64,000 nt of DNA from Pseudomonadota bacterium (lineage in GTDB: Bacteria > Pseudomonadota > Gammaproteobacteria > Berkiellales > Berkiellaceae). The DNA is taken from contig JAFECS010000011.1 of NCBI GenBank assembly GCA_018241965.1, positions 92,690 to 156,689 of the forward strand, written 5' to 3'. Position numbers and translations under genes: made by a program. Within the stretch, counting starts at the first letter, position 1, and every line of letters begins with the position of its first letter. This document shows, in pieces, positions 17,710 to 28,219 of the stretch. Under the pieces are notes generated by a model, which made no database searches, was not told the DNA's origin, and worked only from the letters and a program-made list of their open reading frames with translations.

Positions 17710-20432
17710 TGTGCCTCGTCCCAATTTGGGCCAAGGCCAATGCCTACCTCTAGTGGCACTGATAATTTGACTGTATTTTCCATGCAGTCGCGTATTAACG
17801 CTTTGGCTTTATCGGCCACAGCTTCTTTCACTTCAAACACCAATTCGTCGTGCACCTGCATCAGCATTTTAATATCCTCATTATCTTTAATATGCTGATG
17901 CAACGCTATCATGGCCTTTTTAATGATATCAGCGGCAGTCCCTTGCATAGGCGCATTGATCGCCGTGCGCTCAGCTGCTTTTCTTCGCCCCATGTGTTTG
18001 ATATTAATATCTGGTAAATAAAGTCGACGCCCGAAAAGCGTTTCTACAAAACCATTTTGAGCAGCTATTTCGCGGGTAGCTTCCATATAACGTTTCACGC
18101 CTGGGTAGCGATTAAAATACATATCCATATAAGCTTTGGCCGCTTTTTGATCAATGTCCAACTGCCGGGCAAGGCCAAATGCGCTCATACCATAAATTAA
18201 CCCGAAGTTAATGGCTTTAGCGCTTCGTCTTTGATCATGTGTTACTTTGTCTAAAGCAACACCAAATATTTCACTGGCGGTAAAACGATGAATATCTTGT
18301 TTATCACAAAAGGCAGCCAATAGGCCTTCATCTTTTGAAAGATGCGCCATAATTCTTAATTCAATTTGCGAATAATCTGCTGAGATAAGCACATTGCCTT
18401 TACCCGCGATAAAAGCTTGGCGAATTTTACGCCCCTCTTCAGTTCTAATAGGAATGTTCTGTAGGTTAGGATCTGTTGAAGAAAGTCGACCTGTTGCCGC
18501 TACCGCTTGATGGTAAGAAGTGTGCACGCGCTCTGTACGCGGATTAATCTGCTCGGGTAATTTATCGGTGTAGGTCGATTTAAGTTTACTTAACGTCCGA
18601 TGAGATAAAATTAATTTAGGCAGCTCATAATCATGGCTTAGCTCTTGCAGTACACTTTCTGCCGTGGAAGGAGCGCCCTTAGGCGTTCTTTCAAGAATAG
18701 GTAATTGTAACTTTTCAAAAAATATTTCTTGTAACTGCTTGGGAGAGCTTAAATTAAAATCTTGCCCAGCTAAAATATAGGCCTTTTCTTCAATTTCTTT
18801 CAGTTCTTTGGTGATTTGTTTACTTTGCTGATTTAATTTTTTCGCATCAATCGCAATACCTTGCTCTTCCATTTGCCAAAGCACTTCAATTAAAGGCAAT
18901 TCTATGTCTTGATAAACTTTGACAAGTGAAGGGGTATCCGCCAATTTATTGTTAAAAACATGCGCCAGCCGCAAAGTGATATCAGCATCTTCGGCAGCAT
19001 AATCTGTTGCTACTTGTACCTCGACTTTGTCAAAAGTAACTTGTTTTGCCCCTTTTCCAGCCACTTCTTCGTAAGTAATTGTTTGATAGTCTAAATAGCT
19101 TGAAGCCAAGCTATCCATATCATGACGTTCAATGCTGTTGTACACATAGGATGCCAACATAGTATCTGTGACAATACCGAAGAGCCTAATACCATAGCGC
19201 GCAAAAATATGCATATCATATTTGATGTTTTGCCCAATTTTACCAATAGCAGGGTTTTCTAATATTGGTTTAAGTTTATCTAGCACCCACCCTCTTTGTA
19301 ACTGCTTAGGACAATCTGGATAATCATGAGATAAGGGTATGTAAAAGGCATGCCCTTCTTCCAAGGCAAGCGAAACACCAACACAGTTGGCCTGCATTGG
19401 ATCTAAACTATCTGTTTCAGTATCAATGGAGAAACTTTTACACGCTTGTAGCTTTTCAACGATAACGAGGAATTCTTTTTCCTCAAAAATACTTTGATAT
19501 TTACCTTTAGCTTTTTTCACCGGCACAGGTTGCGCGTGGGGTGTTTGACTTTGGACTTCTTTGGTTGCGCCCTTTTGATATTCTTTTAACCAGGTTTTAA
19601 ATTCTAATTCTTCTAATAATTTAATTAATGCTGGCTCATCAATATTTTTCATTAACAGTGATTCTGGCGTAAAACTTAAATCCAAATCTCTCTTTACTGT
19701 GACCAATTGTTTGCCAAGCGGTAGCTCTTGTAGATGTGCACGTAAATTTTCACCTATTTTCCCTTTTACCGCATCTGCATGCTTTACAATATTGTCTAGG
19801 GAGCCGTATTCTTGCAACCATTTCACAGCTGTTTTTGGCCCCACTTTGGGGATCCCAGGAACATTATCAACTGGATCACCCATTAAGGTTAAATAATCCA
19901 CTATTTGTTCTGGTTTAATTCCAAATTTTTCAATCACTCCCTCTTCGTCAAGACGCGTGCCCGTCATGGTGTTTACCAAGGTAATATCATTGTCTACAAG
20001 TTGTGCTAAATCTTTATCACCGGTAGAAATGACTGTTTTAAGATGATGATCTTTGCCAATTTGCGCAAGAGTTGCAATGATATCATCTGCTTCAAAGCCC
20101 TCAACGGCAAGCAAGGGAAAACCCATAGCGCGGATCATGTTATGCAATGGCGCAATCTGTACACTCAATTCATCTGGCATGGGGGGGCGATTCGCTTTAT
20201 ATGCCGGGTACAATTGATGACGAAAATTCTTTGATTTGGTATCAAAGACCACCCCAACATAATCGGGCTTTTCCTCGGATATCAACTTACGCAGCATATT
20301 AATCACCCCATATGCTGCACCTGTAGGAACCCCTTTTGAATTCGTTAAGGGAGGAAGCGCGTGATACGCTCTAAACAAGTACGATGAACCATCCACCAAG
20401 ACTAATTTTTTAGCATTATCGCTTTTAGGCAT
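17706..20432 (-). CDS. polA: DNA polymerase I
   Basis: LVDGSSYLFRAYHA 5'-exonuclease start, DTET 3'-exonuclease, ADYSQIELR, KAINFGLIYG, QVHDELVFE. Confidence 0.98.
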   Translation of the reverse strand: MPKSDNAKKLVLVDGSSYLFRAYHALPPLTNSKGVPTGAAYGVINMLRKLISEEKPDYVGVVFDTKSKNFRHQLYPAYKANRPPMPDELSVQIAPLHNMIRAMGFPLLAVEGFEADDIIATLAQIGKDHHLKTVISTGDKDLAQLVDNDITLVNTMTGTRLDEEGVIEKFGIKPEQIVDYLTLMGDPVDNVPGIPKVGPKTAVKWLQEYGSLDNIVKHADAVKGKIGENLRAHLQELPLGKQLVTVKRDLDLSFTPESLLMKNIDEPALIKLLEELEFKTWLKEYQKGATKEVQSQTPHAQPVPVKKAKGKYQSIFEEKEFLVIVEKLQACKSFSIDTETDSLDPMQANCVGVSLALEEGHAFYIPLSHDYPDCPKQLQRGWVLDKLKPILENPAIGKIGQNIKYDMHIFARYGIRLFGIVTDTMLASYVYNSIERHDMDSLASSYLDYQTITYEEVAGKGAKQVTFDKVEVQVATDYAAEDADITLRLAHVFNNKLADTPSLVKVYQDIELPLIEVLWQMEEQGIAIDAKKLNQQSKQITKELKEIEEKAYILAGQDFNLSSPKQLQEIFFEKLQLPILERTPKGAPSTAESVLQELSHDYELPKLILSHRTLSKLKSTYTDKLPEQINPRTERVHTSYHQAVAATGRLSSTDPNLQNIPIRTEEGRKIRQAFIAGKGNVLISADYSQIELRIMAHLSKDEGLLAAFCDKQDIHRFTASEIFGVALDKVTHDQRRSAKAINFGLIYGMSAFGLARQLDIDQKAAKAYMDMYFNRYPGVKRYMEATREIAAQNGFVETLFGRRLYLPDINIKHMGRRKAAERTAINAPMQGTAADIIKKAMIALHQHIKDNEDIKMLMQVHDELVFEVKEAVADKAKALIRDCMENTVKLSVPLEVGIGLGPNWDEAH

Positions 20433-22590
20433 CTTTTAACCAATCCTCTAATTTATTGATCCTCAAGGCAACTTCGCCTCTTTTAATGGCAAAGCTTAAT
20501 GCTTCAGGTTCACCCACAATCACCACACAAGACTTGCCCCGCGTGATAGCTGTATAGAGTAAATTTCGTTTTAGCATAATCCGCTGACTCATGGACACAA
20601 TCACCACCACCGCAGGGTATTCTGAACCTTGGGACTTATGCACACTGATAGCATACGCAAGGCGTATTTGTTCTTGCTCTTTAAATTGATATTCCACTTG
20701 CGTTTTATCAAATAAAACAACAAATTTTCGCAAATTAAAATCAATTTTAATGATTTTACCCACGTCGCCGTTAAAGACATTTTTTTCATAATTGTTGACA
20801 ATCTGTATGACTTTATCCTGTACACGCAAAACACCATTTAAATGTTTTATTTCATTTTTATCTTCGGCTGGCGGATTCAAGTTTTCCTGCAATAGCATAT
20901 TTAAATTATCCACCCCAAGCGGTCCGCCATTGAGGGGGGTTAACAGTTGAATATCATCGGCCGAAAAACCAAAGCGAGCAGGTAAACTCAGCGTCATGAT
21001 ATCTAGCATTTTTTGTTGCTGCTCTTTGGGATCATGACTTCTTATTAAGAAAAAATCTCTTGCGTCAACTTTGTCGATTTGTGGCATTAAACCTTGATTA
21101 ACCCGGTGGGCATTGATAATGATTTGACTGCTCGCCGCTTGGCGAAAAATCGTCTTTAGCGCATAAAATGGAATTTTCTGGGAATTGATCAGCGATTTTA
21201 ATACATCTCCAGGCCCAACAGCAGAAAGCTGATCCACATCGCCAACAAATATGATGCGCGCATCTTTTTTTAGCGCCCCAACCACACTGGCACAAAGCGG
21301 CACATCCAACATCGAAGATTCATCTAAAATCACCACATCAAAGGGCAACGGCATCTGTTGATGATACGCAAAATTTTGCGTAAAAGGATCATACTCCAAC
21401 AAACGGTGAATGGTTTTAGCGATTTGTCCTGTTGATTCGCTGATACGTTTAGCCGCACGCCCCGTGGGTGCAGCAAGCGCAACACTCATTTTTTGCTTCA
21501 TAAATACTTTAAGCAGCACTTTGATCAACGTTGTTTTACCCACACCTGGGCCGCCGGTGAGCACAAACACCTTGGATTGCAAGGCCAGTAAAGCTGCCTC
21601 TAATTGTTCTTGCGATAAGGGTAAATCACTCTCTTTGATCTCATCTTGCAGCATTTTTCTTAAAGTGCTTTCTTCACTGGGGACTGGCTCGCCCAGCAAG
21701 GTCAGTAAAACAGCTGCAATCATTTTTTCTTGGTAATAAAGTGTTGGCAAAAATACACAAGCATAGCCTTGCGCCTTATCAACAATTACCAGCTCTTTTT
21801 CACTTGACTGGTTTATCGCATTGTCTAAAGCAGCATTATCTACCCCGAGCAAGGCCCTGGCCTTTTCAATAAGATCGGCTTTTCTTAGCCCACAGTGGCC
21901 CTCTCTGGTGGCTTGTTGTAATAAATAAATTATGCCGCCTTGTAAGCGCCTTGAGTCATCTTTAGCAAAAGATAATTTTAATGCCAAATTATCCGCCGTT
22001 TGAAAACCTATTCCCTCAATATCCGCAATTAATCGATAGGGATTTTCTTGCACCTTTTCAATAGCACTTGCCCCATAACGTTTGGTCACTTTTGCTGCTT
22101 GTGAAAAGTTTAAACCGTGGGTAGTGAAAAAAAGTACCCTTTCATGCGAGGATTTTTGTTGTTGCCAACTGGAAATGATTTGTTGATAACGGCTTTGACC
22201 AACCCCTTGTACCATCTTTATTTTTTCAGGGGTATTGTTTAAAACATCCGTTAACTCATCACCAAATTTATCAATAAGCTTTTTAGCATAGGAGGGCCCT
22301 ATGCCATCTATATATTCTACCAAAAACTTTTCCATCGGCAGCGATTGGTTGACTTGTTCACAGATAAGCGCCATAAATTGACGCCCATGTAAGGCATGTT
22401 CTTGCCATTGGCCAAAAAAGGTGACCTGTTCATTGGTAAAGGTTTGCGCAAAATGACCGACCACCGTGATTTTATCTTGGGTTTTATCTTTGGTTTTGAG
22501 CTGCAAAACGGTGTAGCCATTTTCAGGATTATTGAAAATGACTTTTTCGATGCGGCCTTGTAAAGAGATCGGAGATTTAACTTCAGTCAT
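20425..22590 (-). CDS. recD2: ATP-dependent RecD2-like (TraA-type) helicase
   Basis: N-terminal OB/HhH extension (GIGPSYA, GIGFQTAD), GGPGVGKT, APTGRAA, DESSM, HKSQGSEY, YTAITR. Confidence 0.85.
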   Translation of the reverse strand: MTEVKSPISLQGRIEKVIFNNPENGYTVLQLKTKDKTQDKITVVGHFAQTFTNEQVTFFGQWQEHALHGRQFMALICEQVNQSLPMEKFLVEYIDGIGPSYAKKLIDKFGDELTDVLNNTPEKIKMVQGVGQSRYQQIISSWQQQKSSHERVLFFTTHGLNFSQAAKVTKRYGASAIEKVQENPYRLIADIEGIGFQTADNLALKLSFAKDDSRRLQGGIIYLLQQATREGHCGLRKADLIEKARALLGVDNAALDNAINQSSEKELVIVDKAQGYACVFLPTLYYQEKMIAAVLLTLLGEPVPSEESTLRKMLQDEIKESDLPLSQEQLEAALLALQSKVFVLTGGPGVGKTTLIKVLLKVFMKQKMSVALAAPTGRAAKRISESTGQIAKTIHRLLEYDPFTQNFAYHQQMPLPFDVVILDESSMLDVPLCASVVGALKKDARIIFVGDVDQLSAVGPGDVLKSLINSQKIPFYALKTIFRQAASSQIIINAHRVNQGLMPQIDKVDARDFFLIRSHDPKEQQQKMLDIMTLSLPARFGFSADDIQLLTPLNGGPLGVDNLNMLLQENLNPPAEDKNEIKHLNGVLRVQDKVIQIVNNYEKNVFNGDVGKIIKIDFNLRKFVVLFDKTQVEYQFKEQEQIRLAYAISVHKSQGSEYPAVVVIVSMSQRIMLKRNLLYTAITRGKSCVVIVGEPEALSFAIKRGEVALRINKLEDWLKDA

Positions 22591-22612
22591 TAAAAAAATA
22601 AATCCAAAAAGC

Positions 22613-24799
22613 CTATTCCACTGGCTCTAATTTGGCATAGGCCAACACTAACCACTTTCTGCCTTCATTGGCAAAGTTAACTTGCACGCGGGCAGTCTCG
22701 CCACTGCCATCCCCGCTGATAATCACCCCTTCACCAAAGCGTTGATGCAAAACGCGCTGCCCTAGCCTAAAAGGTAAATCATCGTTTAAAGCAATACGTT
22801 TTGGCGATGAGGTTTGCGGCATCATGATTTTTGCATTCATGTTCATGGCTTCAATTAATTGCGACGGGATCTCATCAATAAAACGTGAAGGGCGGTTAAC
22901 GCCAGATAACCCTGCAAAGGCTCGTTTTTCTGCATAGGTTAAATATAACTTGCGCATGGCACGCGTTAAACCCACATAGCAAAGGCGCCGTTCTTCTTCT
23001 AAAAGTGCTTTATCTTGCAAGCAACGGTGATGCGGAAATAATCCATCTTCCATACCAGCTAAAAATACCAAGGGGAACTCTAATCCTTTGGCAGAGTGCA
23101 ATGTCATTAGTTTAATGCATGATTCTTGGGTGGCTTCCCTGTCGCCGGCATCCAGTGCTACTTCAGATAAAAATGACGGCAAGGTATCTTCGCTATGATA
23201 AGAAGTTTGCTCAAACATTTCATCATAAGATTGATGAAACTGTGACGCAGCTTGCACTAACTCATGTAAGTTTTCAACGCGTGCCGTTGTGCGCTCACCC
23301 GGCTGCGTTTTAACATACTGCATTAGGCCGCTTTTCTCTAACACATGTTGTGTTAATTTGGACAAGGGAAGCATTTTCACTTGCACCAGCATATCTTCGA
23401 TGCATTCAAAAAATTGTCTTAATCCATTGCTAATGCGTCCTAAGGGTATACTGGGAAAGTATTGTTTAGCCGCTTTATACAAAGAAATTTGTTCTTTTTG
23501 AGCAAGTTCGCGAATACTGGCCAAGGTGCGCTCACCCACACCGCGCGGCGGAAGATTGAGTACTCTTTCAAAAGCGGTATCATCATCGATATTGACCAAT
23601 AAACGCATGTAGGCTAAAACATCTTTCACTTCGGCGCGATCAAAAAAGCGCAAGCCTCCATAGACACGATAAGCAATATTGGCCTGACGTAAAGCTTGTT
23701 CTAACACTCGAGATTGCGCATTAGAACGATATAAAATGGCAATATCTTCAAAGCTGCCGCCCCCATGGCACCAAGCGCGTATGCGCTCTACAATAAAGCG
23801 CGCCTCATCAATTTCATTAAAAGCACCATACAAAGTCAGGGGCTCGCCAACAACACCTTGAGTCCACAGCTCTTTGCCTAAGCGCGAGGCATTATGCGCA
23901 ATCAACGCATTAGCTGCCGCTAAAATAGTGCTGGTAGAGCGATAATTTTGTTCAAGACGGATGGTCACCACATCCGGAAAATCTTTATGGAAACGATGAA
24001 TGTTTTCAATTTTGGCACCACGCCATCCATAAATAGATTGATCATCATCACCCACTATCGTGATGTGGTTTTGTTGGGTGCAAAGCAATTTAAGCCAAGC
24101 ATATTGTATGGTATTAGTATCTTGAAACTCGTCGACTAAAATATGTTTAAATCGTTGCTGGTAGTACGCTAAAATATCCGGGTTTTGTCGCCAAAGTTCA
24201 TATACCCGCAGCAAAATCTCTGCAAAGTCTACAATAGCAAAACGCTGACAATGCTGTTCATATAATCGATATAACTCAGTAAACATAGCCACGTCAGGCA
24301 AGGTGGAAATACTGACGTCTTGTGCTCTTTTACCTTCATCCTTTTGGCGATTAATAAAGCCCATTGCACGCTTGGGTTCGCACAGCTCATCATCCCAGCC
24401 GCGCTCTTGAATAAGACGCTTAATTAAGCGCAGCTGATCATCGGCATCGATAATTTGAAAGTTTTCAGGTAAATGTGCTTCCTTGGCATGAAGACGTAAT
24501 ATGCGGTGTGATAATCCATGAAAAGTACCCACCCATAAACGCGAAGCATTACCTGTTATTTTTTCAATGCGTCGTAGCATTTCAGCGGCTGCTTTATTAG
24601 TAAAGGTCACTGCTAAAAGCTGATGCGGCAATACCCGATGCTCTGTCATTAACCACGCCATGCGTTGTACTAACACACGCGTTTTACCGCTGCCTGCGCC
24701 AGCTAAAACAAGCAAGCGTTGCGCATTGGATGTAACCGCTTGGCGTTGTGCACCATTAAGCTCTTCAAGAAAACTGTCTTTGACTTCATCCGTGAGCAT
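22613..24799 (-). CDS. uvrD: DNA helicase II
   Basis: AGAGSGKT, DEFQDTN, EEERRLCYVG; C-terminal GQRVLH..FGEG...KWLVLAYAKL. Confidence 0.95.
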   Translation of the reverse strand: MLTDEVKDSFLEELNGAQRQAVTSNAQRLLVLAGAGSGKTRVLVQRMAWLMTEHRVLPHQLLAVTFTNKAAAEMLRRIEKITGNASRLWVGTFHGLSHRILRLHAKEAHLPENFQIIDADDQLRLIKRLIQERGWDDELCEPKRAMGFINRQKDEGKRAQDVSISTLPDVAMFTELYRLYEQHCQRFAIVDFAEILLRVYELWRQNPDILAYYQQRFKHILVDEFQDTNTIQYAWLKLLCTQQNHITIVGDDDQSIYGWRGAKIENIHRFHKDFPDVVTIRLEQNYRSTSTILAAANALIAHNASRLGKELWTQGVVGEPLTLYGAFNEIDEARFIVERIRAWCHGGGSFEDIAILYRSNAQSRVLEQALRQANIAYRVYGGLRFFDRAEVKDVLAYMRLLVNIDDDTAFERVLNLPPRGVGERTLASIRELAQKEQISLYKAAKQYFPSIPLGRISNGLRQFFECIEDMLVQVKMLPLSKLTQHVLEKSGLMQYVKTQPGERTTARVENLHELVQAASQFHQSYDEMFEQTSYHSEDTLPSFLSEVALDAGDREATQESCIKLMTLHSAKGLEFPLVFLAGMEDGLFPHHRCLQDKALLEEERRLCYVGLTRAMRKLYLTYAEKRAFAGLSGVNRPSRFIDEIPSQLIEAMNMNAKIMMPQTSSPKRIALNDDLPFRLGQRVLHQRFGEGVIISGDGSGETARVQVNFANEGRKWLVLAYAKLEPVE

Positions 24800-24804
24800 A
24801 CTAC

Positions 24805-26064
24805 TTAGTCCTTGCTGTCACGAATAAATGGTACAACCAAAAAAGCACTCACAGCATAAAATAACGGTAATACCACCAAACTGATATGATAATCGCTCAC
24901 GCTATAAAGCCGTTCGCCATTTTCCGCCAAAGCACCTGTACTGACAAAATCTAAAAGCCAACCAATCATGTAAGTTAAGATAGCGCTGCCAAACATCGAT
25001 ACCATGTTGACAAACCCCACAGCGGTAGCAACAAAGGTAGGCTGGGTAAAACGACGCGTCATCACAAACGCTAAAACATAGGTGCCTGAACTGCCAAAAA
25101 TGAAAAAGAGTACCGATGCCCAAAATCCTGTTAAGCCAGGCAAAAAGACTATCAACGTTAATGCGATTGACGCGATAATGCTGGCAACCATCATCGGAAT
25201 TTTACGATTATCAAAAAGTGTCGAAACCCACCCTAACACCGGGCTACCGACAGCCATACCAACAAAGGTCATGGTAACAGCAGCAGTGGAAGCAACATCT
25301 CTTGAGATACCATGGGTTTCTACCAAAAACTTTACACCCCATGTGCCGCCAAAAGCATCCGTTGGCGCTGTCACGAAAAAGCAATAGATCCCAACCATCC
25401 AGCTTTGAGGCTGTTTTACCACTTCGGTTAAACAACGCCAAAAACCTGGCGTTTCTCCTTTTTCCATCGAGACATGCGGATGATCAGGGTTGTGATCTTT
25501 AATCAACGCAAAGGCCAACACAGCAAGCACAATCCCTATAAAACCTAGATAAATTAATACATCGCGCCAAGCCATGAAATCTAATGCTAACGATAACGGG
25601 ATCCCGCCGGCAGCAGCCCCTAAGGTACCGATGGTAAGTGTTAAACCGGTCATCAATGGAAATAAATGATGCGAAAACCAAATGTGAATGATTTTCATGC
25701 AGCTAATAAAGGCAAAAGCCGAACCTGCGCCAATAAAAAAGCGCATTAGACACCCCAAATAGAAGCTTTTGGTATAAGCAAGCGCCAGGGTACTGCCAGC
25801 ACAAACTAAAATAGCCATGGTTAACAAGCGCCGAGGGCCATATTTATCGGTTAACGCACCCACCGGCAATTGCAAGGGGGCATACGCCCAATACCAGCAG
25901 GAAGAAAAAAAGCCAAACATCTGTGCATCTAGATCAAATGCCAGGATCAACTCATTTTGCAAAACATTGGGGGATACACGAACCAAGAATTCATAAAGAT
26001 AAAAAAATGTCGCCACGCCAAACATGGCGATGGGCATTAACAGCGAAACGCGACGGTTAACCAT
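24805..26064 (-). CDS. MFS transporter (resembles Legionellales Pht-type nutrient transporters)
   Basis: About 12 TM segments, GALTDKYGPRR motif A, RFFIGAGSAFAF. Confidence 0.85.
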   Translation of the reverse strand: MVNRRVSLLMPIAMFGVATFFYLYEFLVRVSPNVLQNELILAFDLDAQMFGFFSSCWYWAYAPLQLPVGALTDKYGPRRLLTMAILVCAGSTLALAYTKSFYLGCLMRFFIGAGSAFAFISCMKIIHIWFSHHLFPLMTGLTLTIGTLGAAAGGIPLSLALDFMAWRDVLIYLGFIGIVLAVLAFALIKDHNPDHPHVSMEKGETPGFWRCLTEVVKQPQSWMVGIYCFFVTAPTDAFGGTWGVKFLVETHGISRDVASTAAVTMTFVGMAVGSPVLGWVSTLFDNRKIPMMVASIIASIALTLIVFLPGLTGFWASVLFFIFGSSGTYVLAFVMTRRFTQPTFVATAVGFVNMVSMFGSAILTYMIGWLLDFVSTGALAENGERLYSVSDYHISLVVLPLFYAVSAFLVVPFIRDSKD

Positions 26065-26216
26065 AGATAGCCCTTTACGTTATAGTCAAAATAAGATGAA
26101 ATATCCTTAAAAAAGTAGGATAACCCTCTCATTTTCTAAAGAGAGCCTGAGTCTAACTAAGTCACAGGTTAATCGCAATATACTTTGGTTCTATCACTCA
26201 TGATTAGGATATCATT

Positions 26217-27515
26217 ATGACTAAAGAATATACCTATTTATCCGGCTGGGGTGGCGCCTGGCACAGTGAAGCACTTCCTAACGCACTACCTACTGGACAA
26301 AATTCTCCTCAACAAGTGCCTTACGGCCTTTACGCAGAGCAGTTAAGCGGCAGTGCCTTTACTCGTGCACGCCATCAAAATTTACGCAGCTGGCTTTACC
26401 GTATTTTGCCTTCTGTAGCTCACAGTGAATTTACGGCATATAAACATGAAGGACTGACTCTGCCTGCCCAAGGATTAGCACAACCTAAACAAATGCGTTG
26501 GGATCCGTTACCAGAACCGCAAGCCAAATGTGATTTTGTCGATGGGCTTCAAACCATGCTCTATAACGGCAATCCTTTAGAGCAAACAGGAGCAGCGGTG
26601 CATCTATTTGCTGCGAATATTTCCATGGAAAATCGCTATTTTTACAATTCAGATGGCGAACTATTGATTTTGCCTTATGAAGGGGAATGTGAGATTTTTA
26701 CTGAGTTTGGCACCCTTTCTTTAACACCCACTGAGATTGCGGTTATTCCGCGCGGTGTGCGTTTTCAAGTAAAGCTCTTAAGTCCTTTATTAAAAGGCTA
26801 TATTTGTGAGAACTATGGTTTGCCTTTCAACCTGCCTGATTTAGGGCCCATCGGCAGCAATGGTTTAGCCAATCCTAGAGATTTTCTCATTCCCACTGCG
26901 CAATTTGAAGAAAAGCGTGGTGATATTGTTTTAATAAATAAAAGCAATAATCAACTATGGCAAGCAAAGATGACGTTTTCGCCTCTAAATGTAGTTGCTT
27001 GGCATGGAAACTATGCCCCTTATAAATATGATTTAAAACGCTTCAATACGATTAACACGGTAAGTTTCGATCATTGCGATCCTTCTATCTTTACTGTGCT
27101 AACCTCGCCAAGTGCTTTGTCTGGCGTAGCAAATGTTGATTTTGTGATTTTTCCTGAAAGATGGATGGTCGCAGAGCACACCTTCAGGCCTCCTTATTTT
27201 CATCGTAATATCATGAGTGAATATATGGGGCTGATTACTGGTGTTTATGATGCTAAGGCACAAGGGTTTCTCCCAGGAGGCGGTAGCTTACATAATTGCA
27301 TGTCTGCGCATGGCCCCGATGCACAAACTTATCAACAAGCAATAAAAGATCCTTTAAAGCCCACAAAACTCACGCAAACTTTGGCCTTTATGTTTGAAAC
27401 CAGATCACCGTGGAACCCCACACCATTTGCGTTAAATACAACTGCTTTGCAAAAAAATTATCAAGATTGTTGGAAAGATATGACTATAAGTTTTGATAGG
27501 AATTGGAAAGGTTAG
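26217..27515 (+). CDS. hmgA: Homogentisate 1,2-dioxygenase
   Basis: GQNSPQ..PYGLYAEQLSGSAFT, FRPPYFHRNIMSEYMG, SLHNCMSAHGPD. Confidence 0.97.
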   Translation: MTKEYTYLSGWGGAWHSEALPNALPTGQNSPQQVPYGLYAEQLSGSAFTRARHQNLRSWLYRILPSVAHSEFTAYKHEGLTLPAQGLAQPKQMRWDPLPEPQAKCDFVDGLQTMLYNGNPLEQTGAAVHLFAANISMENRYFYNSDGELLILPYEGECEIFTEFGTLSLTPTEIAVIPRGVRFQVKLLSPLLKGYICENYGLPFNLPDLGPIGSNGLANPRDFLIPTAQFEEKRGDIVLINKSNNQLWQAKMTFSPLNVVAWHGNYAPYKYDLKRFNTINTVSFDHCDPSIFTVLTSPSALSGVANVDFVIFPERWMVAEHTFRPPYFHRNIMSEYMGLITGVYDAKAQGFLPGGGSLHNCMSAHGPDAQTYQQAIKDPLKPTKLTQTLAFMFETRSPWNPTPFALNTTALQKNYQDCWKDMTISFDRNWKG

Positions 27516-27538
27516 GCGTCGCGTTAGCGACATAACAA

Positions 27539-27646
27539 TCTCCCTTTGTAAAAGGGAGAGGCGCGAAGCGCAAAGAGGGATTTATTTCTTGATAAAATCC
27601 ATCTCGCTGCTCCTTCGGAGCAGCCTCTTCCCTTTACAAGGGAAGA
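27539..27646. repeat. Inverted doublet of multi-hairpin palindromic repeats between convergent genes
   Basis: CTCCCTTT-GTA-AAAGGGAG, GCGC-GAA-GCGC, GGATTT...AAATCC, GCTGCTCC-TTC-GGAGCAGC, TCTTCCCTT-TAC-AAGGGAAGA. Confidence 0.7.
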
Positions 27647-27694
27647 ACAATTATCGCTTGCGCGACTCGTTCATTTTCAGATCTTCAGTGAATT

Positions 27695-28099
27695 TTAGCT
27701 CAATAAAGACTCTTTTAAACCCTTAAGCGCTACAAGCTTGATATCATCTCTAGCGGGTTTTGGCGGAATGGTAACTTCCATACCGGTTAATGGGCTCACC
27801 ATTACACGCTTTTTGGTAGGTTTACGGCGCACTTTGCGGATCTTTAAACCTAATTTAGGGATCATAATTTCACCTGAACCCTGCTTTTTCATATGCGCTT
27901 TTACCAATTTAGCCATCTCAGTGAAAACTGCTTCAACTTCAACGCGCTTCAAACCAGTTGAATCAGAAATATGTTGCAGAATTTCAACACGGGTTTGCTT
28001 ATCCTTCATCGCTTTTACTTTTAAAGAAAGTTTTGCTTCACTGCTTTCTTCTAGCTTTTTGCGTGAAGCGGTTTTCGTTGTAGAGCGTAAGGCTGCCAT
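27695..28099 (-). CDS. HU/IHF-family histone-like DNA-binding protein with basic N-terminal extension
   Basis: TRVEILQHISDSTGL, GSGEIMIPKLG, SPLTGMEVTIPPKPA; ATG at 28099 preceded by GGAG. Confidence 0.8.
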   Translation of the reverse strand: MAALRSTTKTASRKKLEESSEAKLSLKVKAMKDKQTRVEILQHISDSTGLKRVEVEAVFTEMAKLVKAHMKKQGSGEIMIPKLGLKIRKVRRKPTKKRVMVSPLTGMEVTIPPKPARDDIKLVALKGLKESLLS

Positions 28100-28219
28100 T
28101 GATTTCTCCATTATTGTTTTTAGAAGATTTAGAAAAATTTAATGTTATTTAGGTTTAGCTTGTGCGTGGCGATTATGCCTATCGAAATTTAGCAAGTAAA
28201 CCCCTTTTGCTTTAAATAT

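Noticed and set aside
27493-27726. 77-aa ORF after hmgA
   Set aside because: Runs through the palindromic repeat and overlaps both flanking genes
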